Positions 1-6,686 of a stretch of DNA of 20,000 nt are shown one piece after another (the first letter of the stretch is position 1; each line of letters begins with the position of its first letter). A program made the position numbers and the translations under genes. The notes under the pieces were generated by a model. The model saw nothing but the letters and a program-made list of their open reading frames with translations, did not search any database and was not told the DNA's origin. The stretch lies in the IMG/VR virus record IMGVR_UViG_3300015610_002171; one strand, 5' to 3'. The stretch is from an uncultured virus (IMG/VR IMGVR_UViG_3300015610_002171). Its lineage: Duplodnaviria > Heunggongvirae > Uroviricota > Caudoviricetes.

Positions 1-242
1 GGCAAGATATTGCGTATATGGCTACTTTAATAGCCTTCTCTAATTCAAGATCTAATTTTGCGAAATGTTTGATTTTAAATGTTAAAATCATTTAATGGTA
101 ACAGTATATTGCAAATGACAAATAAATGTTAGCCAAAAAAAATCGTACAAATAAGATCAATCAAACCCTCCACCTCAATCTCAATCTGTTGGGGCACTAA
201 AAAACCAAGAATGGACTAGAAACCATTTAAAAAACTATAGAA

Positions 243-305
243 CTCTATGTGGTTTAACGGCAAAACATACCCAAATCCTCGGTTCAAGTCCGAGGCATAG
301 AGCCA
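243..305 (+). ncRNA. tRNA-like RNA lacking an anticodon arm
   Basis: Acceptor CTCTATG/CATAGAG ending CCA; D-arm GTTT-AACGGCA-AAAC; T-arm CTCGG-TTCAAGT-CCGAG; only ~10 unpaired nt (ATACCCAAAT) between the D- and T-arms. Confidence 0.7.
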
Positions 306-306
306 A

Positions 307-693
307 ATGCCTGATTCAAAAAGACAAAAGAGAAAACTCAAGGGCGACTTTCTTAAAACAAAAGAAAGAAACAAAACCAAACAAAGAACTTTCGATAAAG
401 TCAAAAAGGCGCAAGAAGAACTAAAAACAAAACCAACAACAACCCTCTGGTTCCAAGGATACTTACTAGAGGTTGAAGCTCACGATAAAAATTGGTTCCC
501 CGACCATAACAATATCTTTATTGGAAGAACCAAACGCGGATACAAACTTCTCCAGACTTTGTATTCTTCAAGCGGATTAATTGCCTTTCCTTATGAATTT
601 GGACCAGTCGCAAACACCTTCTCTCCAAAGAGCGATATTGTTGTTCTAAAAGTTAAAAACATATTAAAAGAAAAAACTTTAAGAAAAAAGTAA
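307..693 (+). CDS. hypothetical protein, basic N-terminus
   Basis: 128-aa ORF on the dominant strand. Confidence 0.65.
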   Translation: MPDSKRQKRKLKGDFLKTKERNKTKQRTFDKVKKAQEELKTKPTTTLWFQGYLLEVEAHDKNWFPDHNNIFIGRTKRGYKLLQTLYSSSGLIAFPYEFGPVANTFSPKSDIVVLKVKNILKEKTLRKK

Positions 694-743
694 AGTATAC
701 TACTATTTAACTTCTACCCTCTCACAAAAAATAATCAAGCAAG

Positions 744-771
744 TTGACAGACGAGCAAGACGAGTTAAAGT
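744..771 (+). promoter_or_regulatory. sigma70-like promoter upstream of tRNA array
   Basis: TTGACA-16 nt-TAAAGT. Confidence 0.5.
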
Positions 772-840
772 GAAGGGGCAACAAGAAAACAATCCGAAAA
801 ATGTTCGGAAAGGGTCTTTGACAACATTAAGTGAAACTTA

Positions 841-873
841 TGGCTGCGGCAAGTGCGATACTTGCCGCAGCCA
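841..873. repeat. perfect 14-bp GC-rich inverted repeat
   Basis: TGGCTGCGGCAAGT-GCGAT-ACTTGCCGCAGCCA. Confidence 0.85.
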
Positions 874-882
874 AACATATAA

Positions 883-955
883 AGGTTCTTAACTCAGTTG
901 GTAGAGTAGCTGGCTTTTAACTAGTTAGTCGTGAGTTCAAATCTCACAGAACCTA
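883..955 (+). tRNA. tRNA-Lys(UUU)
   Basis: AGGTTCT/AGAACCT acceptor; GCTGG-CTTTTAA-CTAGT anticodon arm; TTCAAAT T-loop. Confidence 0.92.
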
Positions 956-965
956 TAAAATCAAA

Positions 966-1037
966 GGAGTATTAGTCAAGTGGTTATGACACTGGCTTGT
1001 CACGCCAGAATCACGAGTTCAATTCTCGTATACTCCG
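966..1037 (+). tRNA. tRNA-Asp(GUC)
   Basis: GGAGTAT/ATACTCC with G73; CTGGC-TTGTCAC-GCCAG. Confidence 0.92.
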
Positions 1038-1069
1038 ATACCTTTCATAAACTTTCAGGAGGCTAGTAG

Positions 1070-1129
1070 ATGAAAAAAATGACAATAAACATGTCGGAAA
1101 AAGGAATATTTTCTTGTTCTGAGTGGTAA
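1070..1129 (+). CDS. possible 19-aa small peptide MKKMTINMSEKGIFSCSEW
   Basis: Perfect SD AGGAGG at 1057-1062, 7 nt before ATG. Confidence 0.35.
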   Translation: MKKMTINMSEKGIFSCSEW

Positions 1130-1138
1130 ACACCACAT

Positions 1139-1210
1139 GATCCTTTAGTTTAAGTAGAACCTGATCTGTCCAAGATCAAAGTTTTGGTGCAAATCCAAAA
1201 GGGATCACCA
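1139..1210 (+). tRNA. atypical tRNA, anticodon UCC (Gly?) with G33
   Basis: GATCCTT/AGGGATC-A-CCA; TGATC-TGTCCAA-GATCA; short D-loop; TGCAAAT T-loop. Confidence 0.7.
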
Positions 1211-1244
1211 AGTTGGTTAACGAATTGATTTGTTAATCAAGTAA

Positions 1245-1319
1245 CGCAGAATAGAGAAGTGGAAACTCATTTGGTTCATGCCCAAAAGATCGCAAGTTCG
1301 AATCTTGCTTCTGCTACCA
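1245..1319 (+). tRNA. tRNA-Met(CAU), initiator-like
   Basis: C1:T72 mismatch; TTTGG-TTCATGC-CCAAA; A-CCA end. Confidence 0.88.
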
Positions 1320-1436
1320 AATCTTGAAACCTAGCAGGTTGGGTTTCAAGTGTCTCTAATAACCTGTAAGGTCTGGGATTTAACCGCGGATATAAACCTT
1401 GGCTGCCGTAGTGGCAGTTAAATTATATCCAAAATA

Positions 1437-1505
1437 AAAGTGGGCCATAATCAAACTTACTTCTAAAGTACATCTTCACAACTAGTTTGATTGCTTTCCC
1501 ATTTT
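1437..1505 (+). ncRNA. repeated structured RNA, copy 1 (Y-RNA-like candidate)
   Basis: AAAGTGGG-CCAT-AATCAAACT-TACTTCTAAA...CT-AGTTTGATT-GCTTT-CCCATTTT. Confidence 0.7.
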
Positions 1506-1533
1506 GCCGCATTTATGCGGCTTTGAAGAGTTA

Positions 1534-1621
1534 GCGGAAATAAGGAAACTTTCTGTTTGCTGCGAAAACGCAGCTTTAAAGAAACTGAGTGTTACGGGTT
1601 CGAGTCCCGTTTTCCGCTCCA
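1534..1621 (+). ncRNA. tRNA-like RNA with Gly-type acceptor and replaced D/anticodon region
   Basis: GCGGAAA/TTTCCGC-T-CCA; T-arm ACGGG-TTCGAGT-CCCGT; central GCTGCG-AAAA-CGCAGC hairpin instead of a 7-nt anticodon loop. Confidence 0.65.
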
Positions 1622-1693
1622 TACAAGGCCATGAAGAAACTTACTTCTAAAAATTCAAAGGGTGAAAAACTAGTTTCTTCGCTTTCCTTGTAT
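1621..1693 (+). ncRNA. repeated structured RNA, copy 2
   Basis: ATACAAGG-CCAT-GAAGAAACT-TACTTCTAAA...CT-AGTTTCTTC-GCTTT-CCTTGTAT. Confidence 0.7.
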
Positions 1694-1709
1694 AATCTTT
1701 CATTTTATT

Positions 1710-1828
1710 GTGTATATGGCTAAAATTGGAATAAGCAAGAGAATGGGCCTTGAACCTAAAAAGGTGGGCAAGAGCGACTAAATTCCATCAACTCTGTCGC
1801 CATAACAGTTCGAATCTGTTTATACACA
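1710..1828 (+). ncRNA. tRNA-like RNA with greatly expanded anticodon arm
   Basis: GTGTATA/TATACAC acceptor; D-arm GCT..TGG..AGC; AGAG..ATGG-[~38 nt]-CCAT..CTCT; T-arm AACAG-TTCGAAT-CTGTT. Confidence 0.65.
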
Positions 1829-1914
1829 AACGATATTTGCAACTAAACCTAGTTGCAAGTTCTGATTAACTTCGTCAAGGTTAATACGTCGCGGGGACCG
1901 TATTCCGCTCCAAT

Positions 1915-1986
1915 GCGAAGATAGCTCAACGGCAGAGCACGCCCAATAAGGTAGGTATGGTTGTTCAATTCAACCTCTTTGCGCCA
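1915..1986 (+). ncRNA. tRNA-like RNA with shortened, degenerate anticodon arm
   Basis: GCGAAGA/TCTTTGC-G-CCA; canonical D-arm GCTC..GAGC and T-arm GGTTG-TTCAATT-CAACC; only 20 nt between the arms, with a weak GCC/GGT stem. Confidence 0.65.
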
Positions 1987-2059
1987 GAGTCGATCTTCTA
2001 GAAGTTAGGAAATGGTTTCGAGGACCATAACGTAGGTGCAAATCCTGCTCGATTCACCA
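1987..2059 (+). tRNA. atypical tRNA, apparent anticodon CGA without the Ser long variable arm
   Basis: GAGTCGA/TCGATTC-A-CCA; ATGGT-TTCGAGG-ACCAT; 3-nt variable loop; TGCAAAT T-loop. Confidence 0.6.
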
Positions 2060-2168
2060 CCAGTTCTGACGCTGCCCTTAGCTAGAGAACATAAATGGGA
2101 ATAAGGGTAAAACGACCAGGGGTTTCTGTTTCTTTAACGTCTGGGTGAAAATCGGGAACTCTTTCTTC

Positions 2169-2204
2169 TTTGAAGGAAAGAAAAGATCCTCGTGAGAGAA
2201 ACAA
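2169..2204 (+). repeat. 36-nt direct repeat, copy 1
   Basis: TTTGAAGGAAAGAAAAGATCCTCGTGAGAGAAACAA. Confidence 0.9.
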
Positions 2205-2208
2205 GCTA

Positions 2209-2284
2209 GGGCTATGGGACTGCATAGGGTGGTCGCCTGTTTTGCACACAGGACAGCAGTTTGGAGCATTACCAAAATAGTCCA
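2209..2284 (+). tRNA. tRNA-Ala(UGC) with non-canonical T-loop
   Basis: GGGCTAT/ATAGTCC with G3:U70 and A73; CCTGT-TTTGCAC-ACAGG; T-loop AGCATTA. Confidence 0.75.
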
Positions 2285-2408
2285 TTTTATTCTCAACAAC
2301 GCAAATTTTACGTCAAGAGATAACCCTTCGTTCGCCAACCAGGAAACCTTTTACGGTTTGAGAAAATCACTGATAATACGAAGTTAAATAACACAGAAGG
2401 CGGCCAAA

Positions 2409-2481
2409 CTGAGAAGGAGGCGTTAGAGTAGCCGATACGCTTTGGATGCGTATAGTTTGAGTTCAATTCTCAATTCTCAGA
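2409..2481 (+). tRNA. tRNA-Pro(UGG)
   Basis: CTGAGAA/TTCTCAG-A; TACGC-TTTGGAT-GCGTA; TTCAATT T-loop. Confidence 0.8.
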
Positions 2482-2498
2482 TCAACAGTCGAGGTTTT

Positions 2499-2534
2499 TT
2501 TGAAGGAAAGAAAAGATCCTCGCGAGAGAAACAA
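2499..2534 (+). repeat. 36-nt direct repeat, copy 2
   Basis: TTTGAAGGAAAGAAAAGATCCTCGCGAGAGAAACAA (1 mismatch to copy 1). Confidence 0.9.
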
Positions 2535-2538
2535 ATAT

Positions 2539-2612
2539 GGTTCCTTAGCTCAATTGGTTAGAGCGCTTGTTTGTTAAACAAGGGGTTTTCGGTTCAAGTC
2601 CGAAAGGTTCCG
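2539..2612 (+). tRNA. tRNA-Asn(GUU)
   Basis: CTTGT-TTGTTAA-ACAAG; canonical D- and T-arms; acceptor GGTTCCT/AGGTTCC has two U:U mismatches. Confidence 0.82.
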
Positions 2613-2646
2613 CTATATGAAATAAAAAAATCAAGTTGAGAAAACA

Positions 2647-3000
2647 ATGAGACTATACCTTGCAACTTTTATTATGGTTGACAGCAAAATCAAACCAGAG
2701 ATTTGCCCAGAAGACAATGTTAAACTTTATGGTATTTTTGAAAAAGAGGCAACAGCTATAGAAGTAATTGTTGAAGATATTCTTCAAGATAGGCTTGTAA
2801 AAAAAGCCATTACCGAACCAATTGAAACCCAATTAAAAAACATTGGGAGCTTTAAAGAGCTTTTGGCTTTTATGAAACAACATGATTGCTTTGAGCATCT
2901 GATGCCAGATCCATTTAGAGAAATTTATGGTGGATTTAATGTTAAAGAAATTGAGCTGGGCGAAATACTCGATGAATCTTTTGTTAAGTTTGGAAATTGA
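2647..3000 (+). CDS. hypothetical protein (local paralog family)
   Basis: 117-aa ORF; GIFEKEATAIEV and SFKELLAF motifs shared with other ORFs here. Confidence 0.75.
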   Translation: MRLYLATFIMVDSKIKPEICPEDNVKLYGIFEKEATAIEVIVEDILQDRLVKKAITEPIETQLKNIGSFKELLAFMKQHDCFEHLMPDPFREIYGGFNVKEIELGEILDESFVKFGN

Positions 3001-3015
3001 GATTAAATAAAATAA

Positions 3016-3474
3016 ATGATCGGAATCAATAAAATGGAAAATGATTTATACACATTGCACTACACTTCTTCTTTTGATAGGGCCGTTTATCTTGGAACAT
3101 TTTCTTCTGAATTAATCGCTCTTGATGTAGTCAAGGAATGCATTGAAAATGACCTTATTTTTTTTACTGCCAGAAATCTTAGATTAAGAGATACATATCT
3201 TTCTACCAATATTGGGAATCTTTCCGTTTTAGAAAAGGCAGACCTTATGCTTAAGGATCTAAAACAAGAGTTTAAAAAAACACTCCCTTCACTTGAAAGC
3301 TATAATTTATTGTTAAAAAATAAAGATTATTTGTCTTTGTTAAATCAGCAAAAAAAGTTTGTCATAACAAGACATAAGATTAATGAAATTATAAGTGAGT
3401 TTAAAACATCAGGAGAAGAGTTTGGGTACGGTTCCGCTAATTCAATAACAAGAAGGAGTTTGAATAATGTATAA
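3016..3474 (+). CDS. hypothetical protein (local paralog family)
   Basis: 152-aa ORF; GTFSSELIALDV motif. Confidence 0.75.
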   Translation: MIGINKMENDLYTLHYTSSFDRAVYLGTFSSELIALDVVKECIENDLIFFTARNLRLRDTYLSTNIGNLSVLEKADLMLKDLKQEFKKTLPSLESYNLLLKNKDYLSLLNQQKKFVITRHKINEIISEFKTSGEEFGYGSANSITRRSLNNV

Positions 3475-3859
3475 TGGTATAATACCACCACCACCAGGAT
3501 TAGAATGGCAAGAAGATAAAACAGCAGCAACAATTGGATTTGTGGTTTGTGCTGAGCAATTTTTAATGCAAAATCCAAAGTTTGAGTATGCTTCTGAACT
3601 TGAAAAGTTCATTAGCGAATTAAAGGTAGGAAAACAAGTTCTAACAAAATGGTTTACGATTCAGGATTTTATTAATACGTTTAAAACGTATATTGTATTT
3701 TCAAGTGCCCCAGGTGTTGGTAATTTTCCTTTAGCAGTGTTTAAAACTTTAGAAAAGGCAAAGACTTTCACAGGAGGAGATTGCTACTTTCAAATTGGGG
3801 AAGTTGTTTGGGATGGAGAGGGTAGGATTCCATTAGTTCGAGATTGCAAGATAATTTAA
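3467..3859 (+). CDS. hypothetical protein
   Basis: 130-aa ORF; AGGAG SD; overlaps the upstream stop. Confidence 0.75.
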   Translation: MYNGIIPPPPGLEWQEDKTAATIGFVVCAEQFLMQNPKFEYASELEKFISELKVGKQVLTKWFTIQDFINTFKTYIVFSSAPGVGNFPLAVFKTLEKAKTFTGGDCYFQIGEVVWDGEGRIPLVRDCKII

Positions 3860-3887
3860 TAGAAGCATTCGATTAAAAATTTGGAGG

Positions 3888-3916
3888 TTGACAACTTGCG
3901 CTGCGAGTTTTACACT
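3888..3916 (+). promoter_or_regulatory. sigma70-like promoter
   Basis: TTGACA-17 nt GC-rich-TACACT. Confidence 0.6.
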
Positions 3917-3938
3917 CTGTCCCCGAAAAGAGATAGCC

Positions 3939-4583
3939 GTGTACAATAGAATCCTCGCCAAAAAAATCTTTGAGACTGAACGTAAAAAAGATCTTGATGA
4001 ATTGGTGAGAGATTGGTCAAACTGTTGTTTTTCTAATAGTTCAAACAAAGACCAGGAAATTTTATCAGAAGAAGAAAAAATCGAGAGAGAAATCTCTCTC
4101 TCAATGGAAGAGGGTTTGATTAAGGCAATTAAAGAAAAAACGGCAGTTGTATACTGTTTATTTCTCGAAGAAAATAACAAACATGTTTTTAATATGGCTG
4201 TTGAAAGTGTCGAGCGTGCTAGAGAATTGGTAAATCAAAATTCCTTTTTGTCGATCGGTATATTGTTTGTTGATAAAATTAAACCAATGCAACCACCACA
4301 AGCACAAGATTGTTTCTTTTGTAATGGAGAACCGATGGTTAAAACTTTGCCAAATGATTTTAAATCACAGGTAATGGATTGGACAGATTATGATGTTGCC
4401 GAATTTTTTCTTGGAATCTCATTGGGTATATTTGAACCTAATGTAGATTTTTTGGATTGTAAAGATGTTATATGGTCCAACACTCCCATAGGAAACCTTT
4501 TGTGTGATATTATAAATTGCATGGTAAAAGAAGGCGTTCTTCTAAAAGAAGAAGGCAAAATTATGTGGGGTCTTCAAAAGTGA
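3939..4583 (+). CDS. hypothetical protein
   Basis: ORF 3888-4583; the TTG at 3888 coincides with the -35 box, so the in-frame GTG at 3939 is preferred. Confidence 0.7.
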   Translation: MYNRILAKKIFETERKKDLDELVRDWSNCCFSNSSNKDQEILSEEEKIEREISLSMEEGLIKAIKEKTAVVYCLFLEENNKHVFNMAVESVERARELVNQNSFLSIGILFVDKIKPMQPPQAQDCFFCNGEPMVKTLPNDFKSQVMDWTDYDVAEFFLGISLGIFEPNVDFLDCKDVIWSNTPIGNLLCDIINCMVKEGVLLKEEGKIMWGLQK

Positions 4584-4616
4584 AATAAGACGAATAAAAA
4601 AAGAATACGATGTTTT

Positions 4617-4693
4617 GGTCCCATCGTCTAAATGGCAAAGGACACATCCCTTTCAAGGATGAAATGCGAGTTCAATCCTCGCTGGGATCACCA
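4617..4693 (+). tRNA. tRNA-Glu(UUC)
   Basis: GGTCCCA/TGGGATC-A-CCA; CATCC-CTTTCAA-GGATG. Confidence 0.93.
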
Positions 4694-4725
4694 TTATGGT
4701 TAAGCAAAACAACCATAATACAACA

Positions 4726-4796
4726 AAACAGGCCATAAAGAAACTTACTTCTAAAAATTCAAGGTATGATAATCTAGTTTCTTTGCTTTCCTGTTT
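4726..4796 (+). ncRNA. repeated structured RNA, copy 3
   Basis: AAACAGG-CCAT-AAAGAAACT-TACTTCTAAA...CT-AGTTTCTTT-GCTTT-CCTGTTT. Confidence 0.7.
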
Positions 4797-4851
4797 CTTC
4801 TCAACCTTCAAACCGAAGAAAAAATTTTAGTCTTAGCAATTAATCTATTCT

Positions 4852-4920
4852 CTCGAATTCTTGTCTAATACTAGTGAAAGACAATGGATGCACAAGGTGC
4901 AAATCCTTGGTTCGGGACCA
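4852..4920 (+). ncRNA. tRNA-like RNA lacking an anticodon arm
   Basis: CTCGAAT/GTTCGGG-A-CCA; single arm TTGTCT..AGACAA; 8-nt linker; T-arm CAAGG-TGCAAAT-CCTTG. Confidence 0.6.
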
Positions 4921-4950
4921 TTCAAAGGTATGCCTTTGAAAACATAAAAT

Positions 4951-5063
4951 GGGCAGATAGTTTAAGCGGGCAATCGCGTAGATAAAACATCTCCACCGTT
5001 TTGAGATCGTATCAACAGCAAACGTCCGAGAAGTTGAAGATGCGAATACTTCTCTGCTCACCA
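4951..5063 (+). ncRNA. tRNA-like RNA with inserts in the D-loop and anticodon arm
   Basis: GGGCAGA/TCTGCTC-A-CCA; D-stem GTTT/AAAC enclosing GCGG-GCAA-TCGC; TCTC-[34 nt]-GAGA; T-arm GAAG..TGCGAAT..CTTC. Confidence 0.65.
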
Positions 5064-5073
5064 AAAGGTAAAA

Positions 5074-5316
5074 ATGAACATACTTGGAATAAAAACACTT
5101 TTCTATAAAGGGAAAGAGTGGAAATTTGAATGGGGCTGCGGGGCCGACAACATACAAAACATTGAGTTAAAAGAATTAGAGTTTTGTCCAGATAAAATTG
5201 TTAAAGCAGAATGCTCGCAGTCGTATGGTTGCACAGGACAACCTCCATGTTTGCATAAAGGAATTATTGCAAAAAGAAGATCTGACAATAAAATGTTTTT
5301 AATTTGTGTTGAATAA
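5074..5316 (+). CDS. small Cys-rich hypothetical protein
   Basis: 80-aa ORF; AAGG SD. Confidence 0.6.
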   Translation: MNILGIKTLFYKGKEWKFEWGCGADNIQNIELKELEFCPDKIVKAECSQSYGCTGQPPCLHKGIIAKRRSDNKMFLICVE

Positions 5317-5332
5317 TAAACTATTTATCTTT

Positions 5333-5950
5333 ATGAAAATAAAGAATTTAATTTATGGGTCAGACTTAGACGAAGGAATCATAGCAAATTTATCAAACAA
5401 AATAAAACAATCGTTCGGGTCGTCTGATAGTTCTTCTGAAAAACTAGTTACAGATCAAAACGGAGCAAAAGTTTTCGTAAAAGGAAAAAAGATTCACAGA
5501 GAAGGCGGTCCCGCAGTATTAGAAACAGATGGAACTCTTAAATGGATGGTAAATGGAAAATACCACAGAGAGGATGGCCCAGCAATTATTAGTCCAGACG
5601 GAACTGCACATTGGATGATTAATGGAAAACACCATCGTGAGAATGGTCCAGCCTATGTTGGTTTTATTTCTGGTAGAAATTGGGAACTTAAATGGATTAA
5701 AAATGGAGTATTAAATAGATATCCAGAACCAGCGGTTGTAAGTTACGCAGATACTCCAGTTTTTTATTATAATGGTAAACGAGTTTCAAATTTAGAAGGT
5801 TTAAGAACATTAGAAAAAACTGGAGTAAAATGGGAAGCTGATGAAGATTATAAAAATTATGGACCTGGCGTAACAAAAAATTTATGGAATCAAGAATACG
5901 AAAATCATAAAAGAGATTTTAGTGTTAAAGCTAGCAGTCCTTATAGATAA
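5333..5950 (+). CDS. HRxxGPA-repeat (MORN-like) protein
   Basis: Tandem HREGGPAV / HREDGPAI / HRENGPAY..W..NG repeats, typical of large viruses; ATG 5333 follows AAACTATTTAT. Confidence 0.8.
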   Translation: MKIKNLIYGSDLDEGIIANLSNKIKQSFGSSDSSSEKLVTDQNGAKVFVKGKKIHREGGPAVLETDGTLKWMVNGKYHREDGPAIISPDGTAHWMINGKHHRENGPAYVGFISGRNWELKWIKNGVLNRYPEPAVVSYADTPVFYYNGKRVSNLEGLRTLEKTGVKWEADEDYKNYGPGVTKNLWNQEYENHKRDFSVKASSPYR

Positions 5951-5967
5951 ACTATATATTTAAAGTT

Positions 5968-6447
5968 ATGAATTTAAAAAAATACATCTTTGAAGATTGC
6001 CCCACGCCAGAATCTCCATACCAACAATTAAATCAGATGATTACATCGACAGCACAAAGCTTACCTCAAACCGATTACGGCAAATTTGAACTATATTGTT
6101 ATGGTTTTGATAAAAAAGCTAATGTCCATAAATTTGATATAAGAACTGGAGCGAACGATACGGCAGGAAAAAATCCTTCTGCTGTTTTGTCGGTAGGAAT
6201 AAAGCAAGAACAAGATAAAACTTATACTGTGAGTGCGACAGGTTATACTGTTTTGGGTGCCGCAGGCAACCATGCTCAAGGTAAACGAGTTCAAAAAATT
6301 ACAAAAAACAAAATTCAATTTAGTGAATTAGATTCTTCAATTCATGAACTATCGTTTAAAACAGCCAATGAACTGGTGGCCTTATTGCCAAAAGTCGGAC
6401 TTGTTCAGAAAACAGTAAATGCGGTAAAAAATTTTATGAAAAAATAA
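5968..6447 (+). CDS. hypothetical protein
   Basis: 159-aa ORF preceded by AAACTATATAT. Confidence 0.75.
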   Translation: MNLKKYIFEDCPTPESPYQQLNQMITSTAQSLPQTDYGKFELYCYGFDKKANVHKFDIRTGANDTAGKNPSAVLSVGIKQEQDKTYTVSATGYTVLGAAGNHAQGKRVQKITKNKIQFSELDSSIHELSFKTANELVALLPKVGLVQKTVNAVKNFMKK

Positions 6448-6495
6448 TAAGATTTTATTTAGTTTGTGTTAAATACTTAAAGAGTAACTATATGA

Positions 6496-6662
6496 AACCA
6501 TAACCAAGAGGTTTTAGTTGAAAATCTATAACAATATATAATGAAAGTTTGCTGCTAACAACACGCAAGCTATAAAAACCAAACTATCTGAAAGGGATAG
6601 TAAGGGCAACAAGCAAGTAGTTATATAAAAGTATAGACAAGTAAACTAGAATAGTAATGGTT
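6496..6662 (+). ncRNA. candidate rod-shaped ncRNA (~170 nt)
   Basis: Nested helices AACCAT/ATGGTT, TTTTAGTT/AACTAGAA, TCTATA/TATAGA, TATATAAT/GTTATATA, GTTTGC/GCAAGT; no ORF. Confidence 0.5.
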
Positions 6663-6686
6663 ATCAAACTAGTATAGTGAAAATTT

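Noticed and set aside
79..306. Frame upstream of ORF 307 interrupted only by four TAGs (possible recoded extension)
   Set aside because: It runs through the tRNA-like element at 243-305, and its TAG density is unlike the genuine ORFs; probably chance
1534..1828. tmRNA interpretation of the expanded tRNA-like RNAs
   Set aside because: No G3:U70 alanine acceptor and no tag reading frame
2078..2338. Minus-strand ORFs 2078-2338 and 2082-2285
   Set aside because: Antisense to tRNA-Ala and structured RNA; no coding signal
2287..2405. RNase P RNA-like or other ncRNA (AGGAAA... ACAGAAGGCGGC)
   Set aside because: Only short helices; the conserved GAGGAAAGUCC/P4 pairing is absent and the region is too short
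1437..4796. CRISPR array interpretation of the repeats
   Set aside because: Copies are irregularly spaced and conserve structure rather than sequence; no cas genes
4840..5157. Minus-strand 105-aa ORF
   Set aside because: Antisense to tRNA-like elements and a + strand gene
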